Source: Octopus sinensis
Taxonomy: Eukaryota
Assembly: GCF_006345805.1 (NCBI RefSeq)
Contig: NC_043009.1
Coordinates: 29,884,001 to 29,948,000, forward strand
DNA: 64,000 nucleotides
Reading direction: 5' to 3'
Part shown: piece after piece, positions 1 through 10,635 of the stretch
Layout: each line of letters opens with the position of its first letter
Numbering within the stretch: the stretch's first letter is position 1
Made by a program: the position numbers and the translations under genes
Notes under the pieces: model-generated
What the model saw: only the letters and a program-made list of their open reading frames with translations
What the model was told of the DNA's origin: nothing
The model's database searches: none

Positions 1-1519
1 TTATTTCAGATTCACTTCATAGAAACATAATATTCCCAAACATCTGAATCTAGCATTTTCTTCACCCGACCATCCCCAGAGAAAGCAGAAAATCACCCCA
101 ACAACGGACATTTTGACTCAGTAGTCACATATTCATGGCAAATATAATTTTCATTACTTGATTTTAAAATGAAGAATGGCCCATAACTATCTTCATGACT
201 ATAACAGTCCCACCAGCTTCTAGAGAATTGAGAGTATTTGTCGAAAATCTGAAACCATCATGAATTGTCAAAAATTAAGAAATATACACAGGCTTCGCAC
301 ACATGCGTGGACACTTATGTCCACGTATGTGTGTAAAGTTATTAAATACAACACGTAATGAAGTGCTTTATTACAACAAGTGATACCAGATTCGAAATAT
401 GTTTGCCTGTTTGCCATTTTCGTTACAGCTGCAAACACAATGCATGTGAATAGAATATTAAATATAGACAATTGAATGAAGCGAGGCACTAGTTACACAG
501 AACATTGCTTTTAATCTTGTACATGCAGCAGGAAGACATACACGACTCAAACATGCTTCCAAATACCAGAGACGATTCCGATTGGCATACGTCTTTTCTG
601 TAACCTCCAGAGCTATCAACAAGTAACAGACGCGAAATGTAGATGTTAGATATAACAACCAGAAACGAACAAAGATATGCCATTGCCCTCATTTCAATCC
701 TTCTTTCTGAATGTTTGCCTTAGTTTGCCATTGGTTTAACTGGGTATATCCTGAAGTATTTCAAACTACACTGATACCCAAGGATAAACAATGAAATAAA
801 TTTCGATTTAGGAGGTTGTAACTTGCCAAATCAGAAACAATCTTTTATATCTTTTCATCAAATTCGTCAAGATTCACGATTCGATTATCTTCTTCAGAAA
901 CAAATGTTAATTTGGTTAATGATATTACTTCAGAGACTATCGTTTGTCGTAGGCTGCAGCATGAGTTTTTAGTTGACTAAATAGCAGCTGTTTGATTTAA
1001 AAGTAAAATGCGTACCAAGGGCTGCCCTGCATTGAGCACAGTGCCCTTACCACTAGACGTCGCTGCTTTGCTAACACATTGATGTAAGTACAAACACACA
1101 TGTGCGCGCACGTCTGTGTATATTTACGCGTGTGTATACATATGCGTATATGTGTTTGTGATTGTGCGTAAAATATAATTTAATTACATTCAGTTTTATA
1201 TGACTTGAAAAAAACTAGGTCAATTTCTTGTGAAAGTATGTATAAACAGAAGCTGTAGAAATGTACTTTATATGGTTACAAAGATTTGTAAATTCTCGCG
1301 TTTCTTCACCTTAGCTATCTTATATGAAATATAAGTTTACAATCGCATCTACATATCTGTGAACCTATAACTACACGATGACGTACAAATATTCAGATTA
1401 TATTAAAGCGGTTTTCAAAATTTACGACCCTGATTTAATTTTCCGAAACTCGCGAAGATTTAATTTCAACATTCAAAAGGTAAAATGCTTCCAGTTATTG
1501 ACAGAAGTAAATTTTTTCT

Positions 1520-1555
<36 letters not shown>

Positions 1556-1758
1556 CATTTCAATATAAAAAAAAGGTGTATTATAAATATCAAATATCAT
1601 TAAGTAAGAATAGAGATATTTCGTGGATATAAATAATTTAACATTTTTAATAATGTTAATAAAATCTTGTAAATGTTAAAAATTAATTCATATTCATGAA
1701 ATACGTCCATTTTCTTAATAATAATACTACTACTACTAATAATAATATAATAATAATA

Positions 1759-1792
<34 letters not shown>

Positions 1793-1800
1793 TATATATC

Positions 1801-1861
<61 letters not shown>

Positions 1862-1920
1862 AAAGAGAGAGAGAGAGTAGAGTCCACAGTGATATGTATA
1901 TATATATATATATATATATA

Positions 1921-2113
1921 GTTAATCCAAACAAGGAAGCACAAAAAAACACAACAATGCGAGGACGTGGAACAAATATAGACGCTCAGGAAAGAAGGAA
2001 AGAAGGAGGATTTAAAGTTTCGAGCGAAGCTCTTCGCCGGAAACATAGGAGAAGGAAAGATCCAGAGAAGGGAAGACAGAGGAAAAAAATCGCCAACGGT
2101 ATGCACGCGGTCA
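1921..2113 (-). mobile_element. Short interspersed repeat carrying a decayed minimal hammerhead (paralogue of 34668-34863)
   Basis: Aligns by eye over about 190 bp with 34668-34863. The minus strand at 2010-2044 reads GTTT-CCGGCGA-A-GAGC-TTC-GCTC-GAAAC-TTT-AAAT, with a mutated core relative to the 34.7 kb copy. Confidence 0.7.
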
Positions 2114-2171
2114 TGTGTGTGTATATATATGTTTATATATATATATATATCTATATATACATGTATATATA

Positions 2172-2223
<52 letters not shown>

Positions 2224-2352
2224 ATATATAATATATAGAAAATTGTATAAAGTGAAAAACTACAGAAGGCTTAAAGGTTAAAAAATATATATATTTGCGT
2301 CAATATGTCTGAAGAATATTAGAAATTTTTTTCTTACAATGACATAGCTTAG

Positions 2353-2391
2353 AAGAAAGACCGGTTTCGCGTTTAGCTTTTCAAATTTCTT
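2353..2391 (-). ncRNA. Type I hammerhead ribozyme candidate, U3-A8 core variant
   Basis: Minus strand: AAGAAA-U-UUGAAAA-GC(UAAAC)GC-GAAAC-CG-GUC/UUUCUU. Stem I is 6 bp, stem III is the palindrome ACCGGU and the triplet is GUC. There is one extra U before the core. Confidence 0.55.
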
Positions 2392-2665
2392 ACGACGTTA
2401 TGTTTATGTTGAATAGAGTTATCGTTATGTTTATGTTTAAAAGAGTTCTAAATAAGGAGGTAATGAGTGATTTCTTCCGGTGTAAAGGAGATAATCGCTT
2501 AAATTTTTTTTCCTTTCCCTTCGTGTGAAAAAAGGAAAAAAGGAAAACAATTTTAAGCGATTATCTCCCTTACACCGGAAGAAATCACTCATTACCTCCC
2601 CTTATTTAGAACTCTTTTAAACATAAACATAACGATAACTCTATTCAACATAAACATAACGTCGT

Positions 2666-2704
2666 AAGAAATTTGAAAAGCTAAACGCAAAACCGGTCTT
2701 TCTT
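2666..2704 (+). ncRNA. Mirror copy of the U3-A8 hammerhead, GAAA mutated to AAAA (predicted inactive)
   Basis: AAGAAA-T-TTGAAAA-GCTAAACGC-AAAAC-CG-GTC-TTTCTT; G12 is replaced by A. Confidence 0.45.
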
Positions 2705-2858
2705 CTAAGCTATGTCATTGTAAGAAAAAAATTTCTAATATTCTTCAGTCTATTGACGCAATATATATATTTTTTAACCTTTAAGCCTTCTGTAGTTTTT
2801 TGACTTTATACTATTTTCTATATATTCAACCACGTTCTTTCACAAACCAACTTTCTTA

Positions 2859-2900
<42 letters not shown>

Positions 2901-3479
2901 TATATATATAATATATATATATTATATATATATATGCTAAAAATATATTGAAAAACAAATATGAACTAGATAATGTCAAGGAGATAAAAGTTTGGTCAAC
3001 GTAGCTGTCCTCAAGATGGATCAGGAACCTGGCGTATGTGATCCTCACTGTGTCCCCGGGGAGATCTTCGATCGCCTCCTTGATCTGATCACCAGCTCGA
3101 TCAGCATAGTGTTACATGCTGAATGGTTGGTGTCGTTATTATTTGCATCTCAGAAATAGCAATCCTTGGTTTTACAATCTGGAGAAATAGTAAGCCAGAA
3201 ATTGGAGGTACTGAAGTCTTAGAAATTCTCCGACAACAGATTCTGACTCGATTTGAAGCGACAACATTTAAATACAAACAAATGACCAAAAAAGGTTGAG
3301 CTAAACCTAGTCAGAATCAAACCCTCAAATCAACACTAGCATGGCTTTCTCTCCGAAACTTACAAGACCTTTCCGGTTTGTTTACAAATGTTATAGAAAT
3401 ATATGTGCACACATATATATACATATGTATATGTGTGTGTGTGTGTGTGTAAGTATTATACATACATACATATATGTAT

Positions 3480-3513
<34 letters not shown>

Positions 3514-3563
3514 ATATATATATATATATATAAGCGAGAAAGAAGCAACAAGAATGGATAGGT

Positions 3564-3653
3564 TTTTAGTACGATCGTTTCATACAGGACAGGTTTTATT
3601 AAAAGTTGCAAAGATTACAGCATATAAACGAGTCCCGTACTCATCAGCTAAAA
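3564..3653 (-). ncRNA. Type I hammerhead ribozyme (extended stem II)
   Basis: Minus strand: UUUUAG-CUGAUGA-GUACGGGAC...GUCCUGUAU-GAAAC-GAUC-GUA/CUAAAA. Predicted cleavage between 3570 and 3569. Confidence 0.85.
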
Positions 3654-3870
3654 TACATGTAAGTTCTCTAGACATCCTAGTGTTTGAGGCTATACTCATG
3701 AAGTAATGTAGATAATTAAACAGATTTCTAAAGTTCATTAAAGTTCTTTAAAGATGATGTACAGTCTTATCACAGAATTTTAAAAAAGTTTTGATAGCAT
3801 CACAGAGAAGGTGACCTAATCCATATGAATTTAGCCTCAAACACTAGGATGTCTAGAGAACTTACATGTA

Positions 3871-3961
3871 TTTTAGCTGATGAGTACGGGACTCGTTTAT
3901 ATGCTGTAATCTTTGCAACTTTTAATAAAACCTGTCCTTGTATGAAACGATCGTACTAAAA
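3871..3961 (+). ncRNA. Type I hammerhead ribozyme (extended stem II)
   Basis: TTTTAG(3871-76)-CTGATGA(3877-83)-GTACGGGAC...GTCCTTGTAT-GAAAC(3944-48)-GATC-GTA/CTAAAA. Predicted cleavage at 3955/3956. Confidence 0.85.
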
Positions 3962-4225
3962 ACCTATCCATTCTTGTTGCTTCTTTCTCGCTTATAATCA
4001 CCCCACATTACTGTATTGTTAAATCAGTATAGTTTTTTTTTTGGTGCATCTAAGTTAGGTACCATATTCAAGTAAATTTTTTAAATTAACTTGAATCTTT
4101 ATTGCTCTTTGAATATATATATATATATATATATACTTGATAATTGTAAGCACCTGTATATACCTTTTGGTGGTGTAGGTGGTAGAGTATATTAATCAAA
4201 ATAAAAACACGATGCCAAGGATTCA

Positions 4226-4303
4226 GCGGTACATATGTTTCGGGCCTTTATTAGACTGATTTATAACAATGCATAATGTGTGTCTATGGCCTTCTTCAGC
4301 CGC
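4226..4303 (-). ncRNA. Type I hammerhead ribozyme (extended stem II)
   Basis: Minus strand: GCGG-CUGAAGA-A-GGCC...GGCC-C-GAAAC-AUAU-GUA/CCGC. Confidence 0.8.
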
Positions 4304-4518
4304 GCACAATTACTAATTCAAGGACATGTATTACATCATAAATTCTATGTTGGGGATGCAAATCTTCACAGTCGCGTACGACAGAGTAGGTCACCAGCAC
4401 AAAAACGAAACGTCAATCCCGTCTTTCATTCAATGTAGACGTCGTACGCGACTGTGAGGATTTGCATCCCCAACATAGAATTATGATGTAATACATGTCC
4501 TTGAAGTACTAATTGTGC

Positions 4519-4596
4519 GCGGCTGAAGAAGGCCATAGACACACATTATGCATTGTTATAAATCAGTCTAATAAAGGCCCGAAACATATGTACCGC
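4519..4596 (+). ncRNA. Type I hammerhead ribozyme (extended stem II)
   Basis: GCGG(4519-22)-CTGAAGA(4523-29)-AGGCCATAGAC...GTCTAATAAAGGCCC-GAAAC(4581-85)-ATAT-GTA/CCGC. Predicted cleavage at 4592/4593. Confidence 0.8.
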
Positions 4597-4625
4597 TGAA
4601 TCCTTGGCATCGTGTTTTTATTTTG

Positions 4626-4696
<71 letters not shown>

Positions 4697-4698
<2 letters not shown>

Positions 4699-5105
4699 CG
4701 CAGGAGTGGCTGTGTGGTAAGTAGCTTGCTAACCAACCACATGGTTCCGGTTCAGTCCCACTGCGTGGCATCTTGGGCATGTGTCTTCTGCTATACCCTC
4801 GGGCCGACCAAAGCCTTGTGAGTGGATTTGCTAGATGGAATCTGAAAGAAGCCTGTCGTATATATATATACATATATATGTATGTGTGTGTATATGTTTG
4901 TGTGTCTGTGTTTGTTCCTCTAGCGTTGCTTGACAACCGATGCTGGCGTGTTTATGTCCCCGTCACCTAGCGGTTCGGCAAAAGAGACCGATAGAATAAG
5001 TACTTGGCTTACAAAGAATAAGTCCCGGGGTCGATTTGCTCGACTAAAGGCGGTGCTCCAGCATGGCCGCAGTCAAATGACTGAAACAAGTAAAGAGAGT
5101 AAAGA

Positions 5106-5106
<1 letters not shown>
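4697..5106 (+). mobile_element. tRNA-derived SINE (octopus-type; head, internal microsatellite, 3' module)
   Basis: Head GGCGCAGGAGTGGCTGTGTGGTAAGTAGC...GGTTCAGTCCC with A/B-box-like motifs. The 3' module GGGGTCGATTTGCTCGACTAAAGGCGGTGCTCCAGCATGGCCGCAG recurs at 28.5, 31.2 and 33.1-33.4 kb. Confidence 0.85.
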
Positions 5107-5147
<41 letters not shown>

Positions 5148-5560
5148 TTGTAAAAGAGCAAAAGTATAATTTATATTTCTACGGGGAAAAAAAAAATTAT
5201 TTTCACAAATAGAGTAAGCTGTTCAGAATTATGTTTTTACAATGACAGACTAGAAGCTTGTGAAAAACTGCAATATTTATTATTTTCCTTTATGAGAAAC
5301 TCGTCCAGACATGAGTCATAATTATAGATAGTTATGATATTTGTCGGCAACTAGGTCACTAGGAACGATGCTTTATCACACCCTCAGTTTAACTCATTTT
5401 GTATTTATATATTTATGGTAGATTATTTATATTACTGAGATGTACTTGCATAGCAAGTGACCTGATCTGAGATAGTGTGCTGGAACAAAAACAATTGCAG
5501 TGTGGAAGCCATTTAAAAACACACAAACATCGTTAGATTCACTTCAACATTTAAACTTAA

Positions 5561-5611
5561 TTTGCCAAAATATTTTCGTTGCTTTGAGACTGCGACCTGT
5601 TTACTGACAAA
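5561..5611 (-). ncRNA. Hammerhead-like fold with G3-C8 core swap and G5A change, inside an unclassified repeat (about 5385-5650)
   Basis: Minus strand: UUUGUCA-GUAAACA-G-GUCGC(AGUCUCAAA)GCAAC-GAAA-AUAUU-U/UGGCAAA. Stems I and II and palindromic stem III (AAUAUU) fit, but the core deviates. Confidence 0.4.
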
Positions 5612-5650
5612 ATTCCGTGCTGCATCTGAGAAAGTAACTGTTAGTTCATG

Positions 5651-5681
<31 letters not shown>

Positions 5682-6928
5682 TGTATGTATGTATGTATGT
5701 ACGTATGTATTAATGTGTGTGTGTACATGTATGTGCATATGCATATGTGCATGCCTATACGCATGTATGTATGTAAGTATATACGTATGTACTTATGTAT
5801 GTACATGAGTATTTAGGTAAGTGTGCAGACGTGTCTGTGTGTGTGTGTACATGTGTATGTACATGTGATTGTGATTATTTATAGTTTTCATTCTCTACAC
5901 GCACACACACATACACACAAATGTGTATACATATTACAGATTATTCTGTGTTAAACTAGAACTCTTATATATGCCCTTGATTGTTTATTCGTTTTCTGAG
6001 TTTTTTAATTGTTATTATAGCATGCGAAAGAAAGGAAATAAGGGTTATTGCTATTTATCGTTGGTTAAATATAACAGTTTGAGAGACAGGGTTGTTGTCA
6101 CTGTACTTACTGTTTATGTATATATCTTATACTGTCACATTGTAAACACATCCTCTCACCTTACAAAGCGATGTGCCACAGAGAACAACTTAATGTTGTA
6201 GTAATTTGGTTATTCTGGAGAAATAACGATTAAGTTGCACTGAATTCTTCTGTGGCTCACTGTAATAAGCCTCATTGCACAACATTTACGCAAGTTAAAT
6301 CTCACTCTTGTATCAACGGTAGAATTAAATAGCTCAAAAATGATTAGCAATTCTTACTCCTAATCTGGAAAGTGATAGTTTTCACCAAGGAGAAATATCA
6401 TTATCGAAGTTACGACAGTTCTCTCCTCCATTTATTTCCAACAGAATAAACATTCATTTCAGAACACCCCGCTGCATATATATATATATAACCGACTGTA
6501 TTCACACATTTTTCTTATATTTTTCTTATATGCTTGTATTGATGAGTTGTGTTTCATCTTCCGTGATTTTTATGCATGTATATTCTATGTGAAAGAAAAA
6601 GCATTATGTGATTAAATGTCCGAGATATGAAATGTTATGTGGATGAACTTATATTTCTTTCTTCTGCAACCATAGTTTAATATATATACACACACAGAAG
6701 AAATCGTGGATGTTGTAGATTGGAAATCTAGATTTACTTACGGAGACTGTCACTGAGTATCGCCCGAGGAGATACATATAGATCTTCTTATACAGGTAAA
6801 TCGTTACATAATTTAATCTAAACGTTAACTTTAAATCCTGTGTATACGAGGATTTGTATGTATCGATATATTTATAGTGATTAAAAAGCTGCCTAACTGT
6901 ACTTACTCTTGTTTTTTACTCTTTTACG

Positions 6929-6968
<40 letters not shown>

Positions 6969-6971
<3 letters not shown>

Positions 6972-7260
6972 ATACAAAATGGGACAAGCACGCAAAACAT
7001 CCGGACAACTAGGTGATACAAAATTGGACAACAAAACATCCAGATAGACGATACAAAATTAAAAACAAGGACGGGCCATTCGAAGCCTTTTTTCTTCAGT
7101 CAAGAACCGGATCGTCCTCGCACTTCGGCTGATCAATCTGGAGATTGCTCCAATCTGGTCAGCACCAAGGGAAAACTAAGTTAAGAGCATTAGATTCCTT
7201 GGAAAAAAGCATCGAATGTATACGAATCAAGGACGAAAAAATAGACGATGCTACACGAAT
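6969..7260. repeat. Unclassified interspersed repeat between (TA)n tracts
   Basis: Higher-complexity block bounded by microsatellites, with short internal direct repeats (ACAAAACATCC, GATACAAAATT). Family not identified. Confidence 0.35.
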
Positions 7261-8605
7261 ATATACATTATATATATATATATATACAATAGAATTTCAC
7301 AGACAATATGAACTGTCAAGATATCAGTGATTAGAAATGAAGTAAACAAGTAAGCAAGAGAAGGATGAAATGGAGCTTTTCACCAAAAAATGCTGCACAA
7401 AGCATACAAGTAAAAACAACGATGATTGAACTAATAATTGAATTTCTTTTCAAAATATTGTTTTAAAATATCACAACGCTGCAATTCTTACTTGATGACA
7501 TTTGATATCAGAAGACATCATATGTTCCAATGAAACATTCCCGTTGGTTTGTCTTTTCAATAGCTTGTAAATATTTATGTGTTCTGTTGTTTTTTGGGGT
7601 TTTTTTGCATATGAAGACGAAACATTAGATCTTCGCCAAGGTTCTCTGTGTTATATTGAGATCAAATCCCACAGGTGTCGCCATTGCTTTTTATCCTCTC
7701 GTGTCGATAAATATATTACCTGTTCATGGCTGTAGGTGGAATTTCTAACTTACTGCACGCAGTGCCTTTTGGTAGATTTTCTGACCCTTAGTCTTTTAAC
7801 TACAATACATGAAGAATCCGGTACTAGACCCTTTTTCCCATTTCCTTGTAACCACATGTATGGCGCGGAGATATGAAACACTCATGTATAGAACAGGCTA
7901 GTCTTCCACAAGAATTCTTACGTAGGTCTGCGTTGCACGGAAGATCTTCCTGCTACACGTGTGTAGCAGATACAAAAGCCATTGATTTGACGAGAACCAC
8001 TGAGGGAGATACTTATGTAAATGAAAGAATATGATGTAGTTTCAATTCTAGAATAAGGCTATTTTGTTAAGACGATGCAGCAAATTGTATTGCACTTACA
8101 TATCTAACATTATTGGAATGAAAGAAAACATCAATGTTGTACATCTAAATCATCTTTATGTAAACTGTAAGAGTTTTGTGCCTTTTCCAAAAGAAAGTAG
8201 TTAATGTTCTGTATATACTTTATTACAATTATAAATAAAATATCGAATCTTTTGTCTTGGTACACAGCCAGATCGTAGAAGGAAACTTTATGATCAATTG
8301 AAACAATCTGAATATATTATTTTTGTACAGGGGCCATAGAGCAGGGTAGATGGTATGATGCCAGAACAAGATTTTCATGACATTTAATTACATAGTTTTA
8401 TCTTCAGTGTACAAGGTTCACATTGCTATTTTCTCGATCGTAATTCCTAAATGAAGGAACATTTATGTATTCACTGCTACTGGCGTCGGTGGAGGTTTTC
8501 CTCGACCACTGTCCCTTTAGGTTCCCTGCCCAAATCTTGCAGATGTGAAACATAACTTTTAGCATTTCAATGGCGTTTTACAAAACAATATCAGTATCAA
8601 TTAAA

Positions 8606-8850
8606 TCAATTACAACTTAAGAGCTTGATTACGCAAAGAAGTCTATCCTGACTGCACCTAAGGGGAAAATGGTGCCATGCCGCACGAAATTTAAGCTTCT
8701 CTTGGAAAACATTAGTAGCGTGAACCGATAATGCCAAATATATGAGCAATTTTTGGCCATCAACACAACGTTGCCAAGACCTTTGCTCTGCAGAGAACAC
8801 TCGAGTACTGCTGTACCAGACTTTAGGAATAAAGACCAAAACTCGATTAT
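8606..8850 (-). CDS. Candidate terminal coding exon of an unidentified host gene
   Basis: Acceptor TTTGCTTCAG| then a phase-1 open frame xNRVLVFIPKVWYSSTRVFSAEQRSWQRC...LLSCN-stop in non-repetitive DNA. No recognisable domain. Confidence 0.3.
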
Positions 8851-9975
8851 CTGAAGCAAATGCATGTTATCTCAGGACGTGGATGACAAAAGGAAAAGCA
8901 GAAACACATCAATATGCCGAGTTCGATTCGTATTCTGCCGTGGTTACAAATAAATGCATTATTAATGTTTATTTTAATGCTCCTGTTGAGTTGAAATTTA
9001 AAATCAATTCTGGACGGATTTGATCTCAGAAACTTACGGTGTTGAACTAACTATATAGCAAACCGCTTTATTTCACAACACTGGACACTTAGACAGACAT
9101 AATCCAATAAATAATTTAAATATAAATGAAATTTGGATTTCCTTCCTTGAAGCGCCGCCATTACTTCAGACAGGAGAATTCAATCGTCTCTATGATCGAG
9201 TCTGGTATATTATAGTCCATTATATCAATGATGTCTATCATATCGTTTCCTATCCCCTCATGTACTAAATAACATGGTCAACCACTGAGGGAGTGGAACT
9301 AATAATACTAAATATGACCAAATCATATAGTCCAGAACACAACAGTATCACTTATATCTGCCACAATAAACACAATTTAATAATAAGTAAAATTGAATAT
9401 ATATGTAATGCGTCTGACAGAGCGGAAATTATCATATACATGTGCAGAACAATGAATATATAAATGTATTCAAGTCACTCATGCATGTCAAGATGTCTCT
9501 TGAAAATCATTCATAAAATTCCATAAAAACCGAATTATAAAATGGATTTCATTAAGTTATAGGATGGCTTTTGTAGAAGGCCCGTTTGACATCGATTGAA
9601 TTGTTTTCACGAGATTATTGGTTTGTTATTGAGGATGTCTCACCAGAAGAGGGATAGAGAGTGAAGATGACTAGGGTTTAATTTATGTATTATGTACATC
9701 AATTGCATCAAAATGATACTTAAATTATCCCTAGCTTAGAAACATTACACCATACAAGAAGAATGAATATATTTCATTTCATAACACAAGTTACATACAG
9801 CACTATGTGTATGAGACGCAGAAACATATACGAGATAAATCTTTAATGAGTTCATTGAAAACGGAAGCACATAGACATAGATCCATACGCTGACTCATGA
9901 GAAGTAAATCGTTAAAAACGTTGCGTGTAAGAAGGGATTAAGAAAATTTGAGATAAAGTTAATTATTCAAGTAGT

Positions 9976-10016
<41 letters not shown>

Positions 10017-10023
10017 ATAATAA

Positions 10024-10237
10024 TCCTTTCTACTATAGGCACACTGCCTGAAACTTTGGGGGCGGGGATGAGTCAATTACATCGACTCCATTGATCAACT
10101 GTTACTTAATTTATTGACACCAAAGTATGAAAGGCAAAGTCGACCTCGGCGGAATTTGAACTCAGAATGGAGCAACGGGCGAAATACCACTAAACATTTC
10201 GTCTAGCGAGCAAATAATTCTGCCAGCTCACCGCCTT
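10024..10237 (-). mobile_element. tRNA-derived SINE (AAGGCGGTGAGCTGGCAGAA family)
   Basis: Minus-strand head AAGGCGGTGAGCTGGCAGAA, plus B-box-like TTCTGAGTTCAAATTCCGCCGAGGTCGAC; same family as 17.9-18.6 and 30.2 kb. Confidence 0.85.
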
Positions 10238-10264
10238 AATAATAATAATAATAATAATAATGAC

Positions 10265-10335
<71 letters not shown>
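10237..10335. repeat. (TAA)n microsatellite, 5' flank/target of the R4/Dong element
   Basis: About 33 TAA units directly upstream of the element. TAA repeats resume at about 14345-14370. Confidence 0.95.
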
Positions 10336-10337
<2 letters not shown>

Positions 10338-10339
10338 CC

Positions 10340-10432
10340 GAGGAACACCGGGGACGTTTAAGAGGAACACCGGGGACGTTTAAGAGAGGAACACCGGGGA
10401 CGTTTAAGAGGAGGAACACCGGGGACGTTTAA
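10340..10432 (+). repeat. Four tandem 22-bp units GAGGAACACCGGGGACGTTTAA at the LINE 5' end
   Basis: Identical units at 10340, 10362, 10386 and 10411, with 0, 2 and 3-nt spacers. Confidence 0.95.
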
Positions 10433-10635
10433 GATGTAAGAAGGAAAATACAGAGCTCCGAAATCTATCCACAAACATCAAAAACAAGGATACCCTATGG
10501 AGCCAAAGATTTACTAACAAAGAATTGGACTATATCCGAGTAAGTAATACTAATTGAAATTTATTACTATTTTCGAAACGAAATGATGTATTTTGACTTG
10601 ATATTATCTCCACCTCTAACACAACACATGTAAAC

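Larger units (their letters stand above)
2231..2826. mobile_element. Palindromic (fold-back) element A, about 290-bp arms, hammerhead-like motif in each arm
   Basis: 2231-2520 is the near-perfect reverse complement of about 2531-2826 (e.g. GACCGGTTTCGCGTTTAGCTTTTCAAATTTCTTACGACG vs CGTCGTAAGAAATTTGAAAAGCTAAACGCAAAACCGGTC), with a loop of about 10 bp. Confidence 0.9.
3529..3996. mobile_element. Palindromic element B, about 164-bp arms and 139-bp spacer, hammerhead in each arm
   Basis: 3529-3692 is the reverse complement of 3832-3996, with only a few differences. Confidence 0.92.
4188..4633. mobile_element. Palindromic element C, about 193-bp arms and 58-bp spacer, hammerhead in each arm
   Basis: 4188-4382 is the reverse complement of 4441-4633, with few differences. 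Confidence 0.92.

Noticed and set aside
870-905. Minus-strand CTGAAGA-AGATAATC-GAAT
   Set aside because: There is no GAAA, the loop is 1 nt and there is no stem I; consistent with chance.
7060-7180. Minus-strand CTGAAGA...CTTCGAATGG in the 6969-7260 repeat as a hammerhead
   Set aside because: There is no GAAA and no stem I complement after the putative cut site.
10340-10432. CRISPR-like array
   Set aside because: Spacers are only 0-3 nt, the context is eukaryotic LINE and there are no cas genes.
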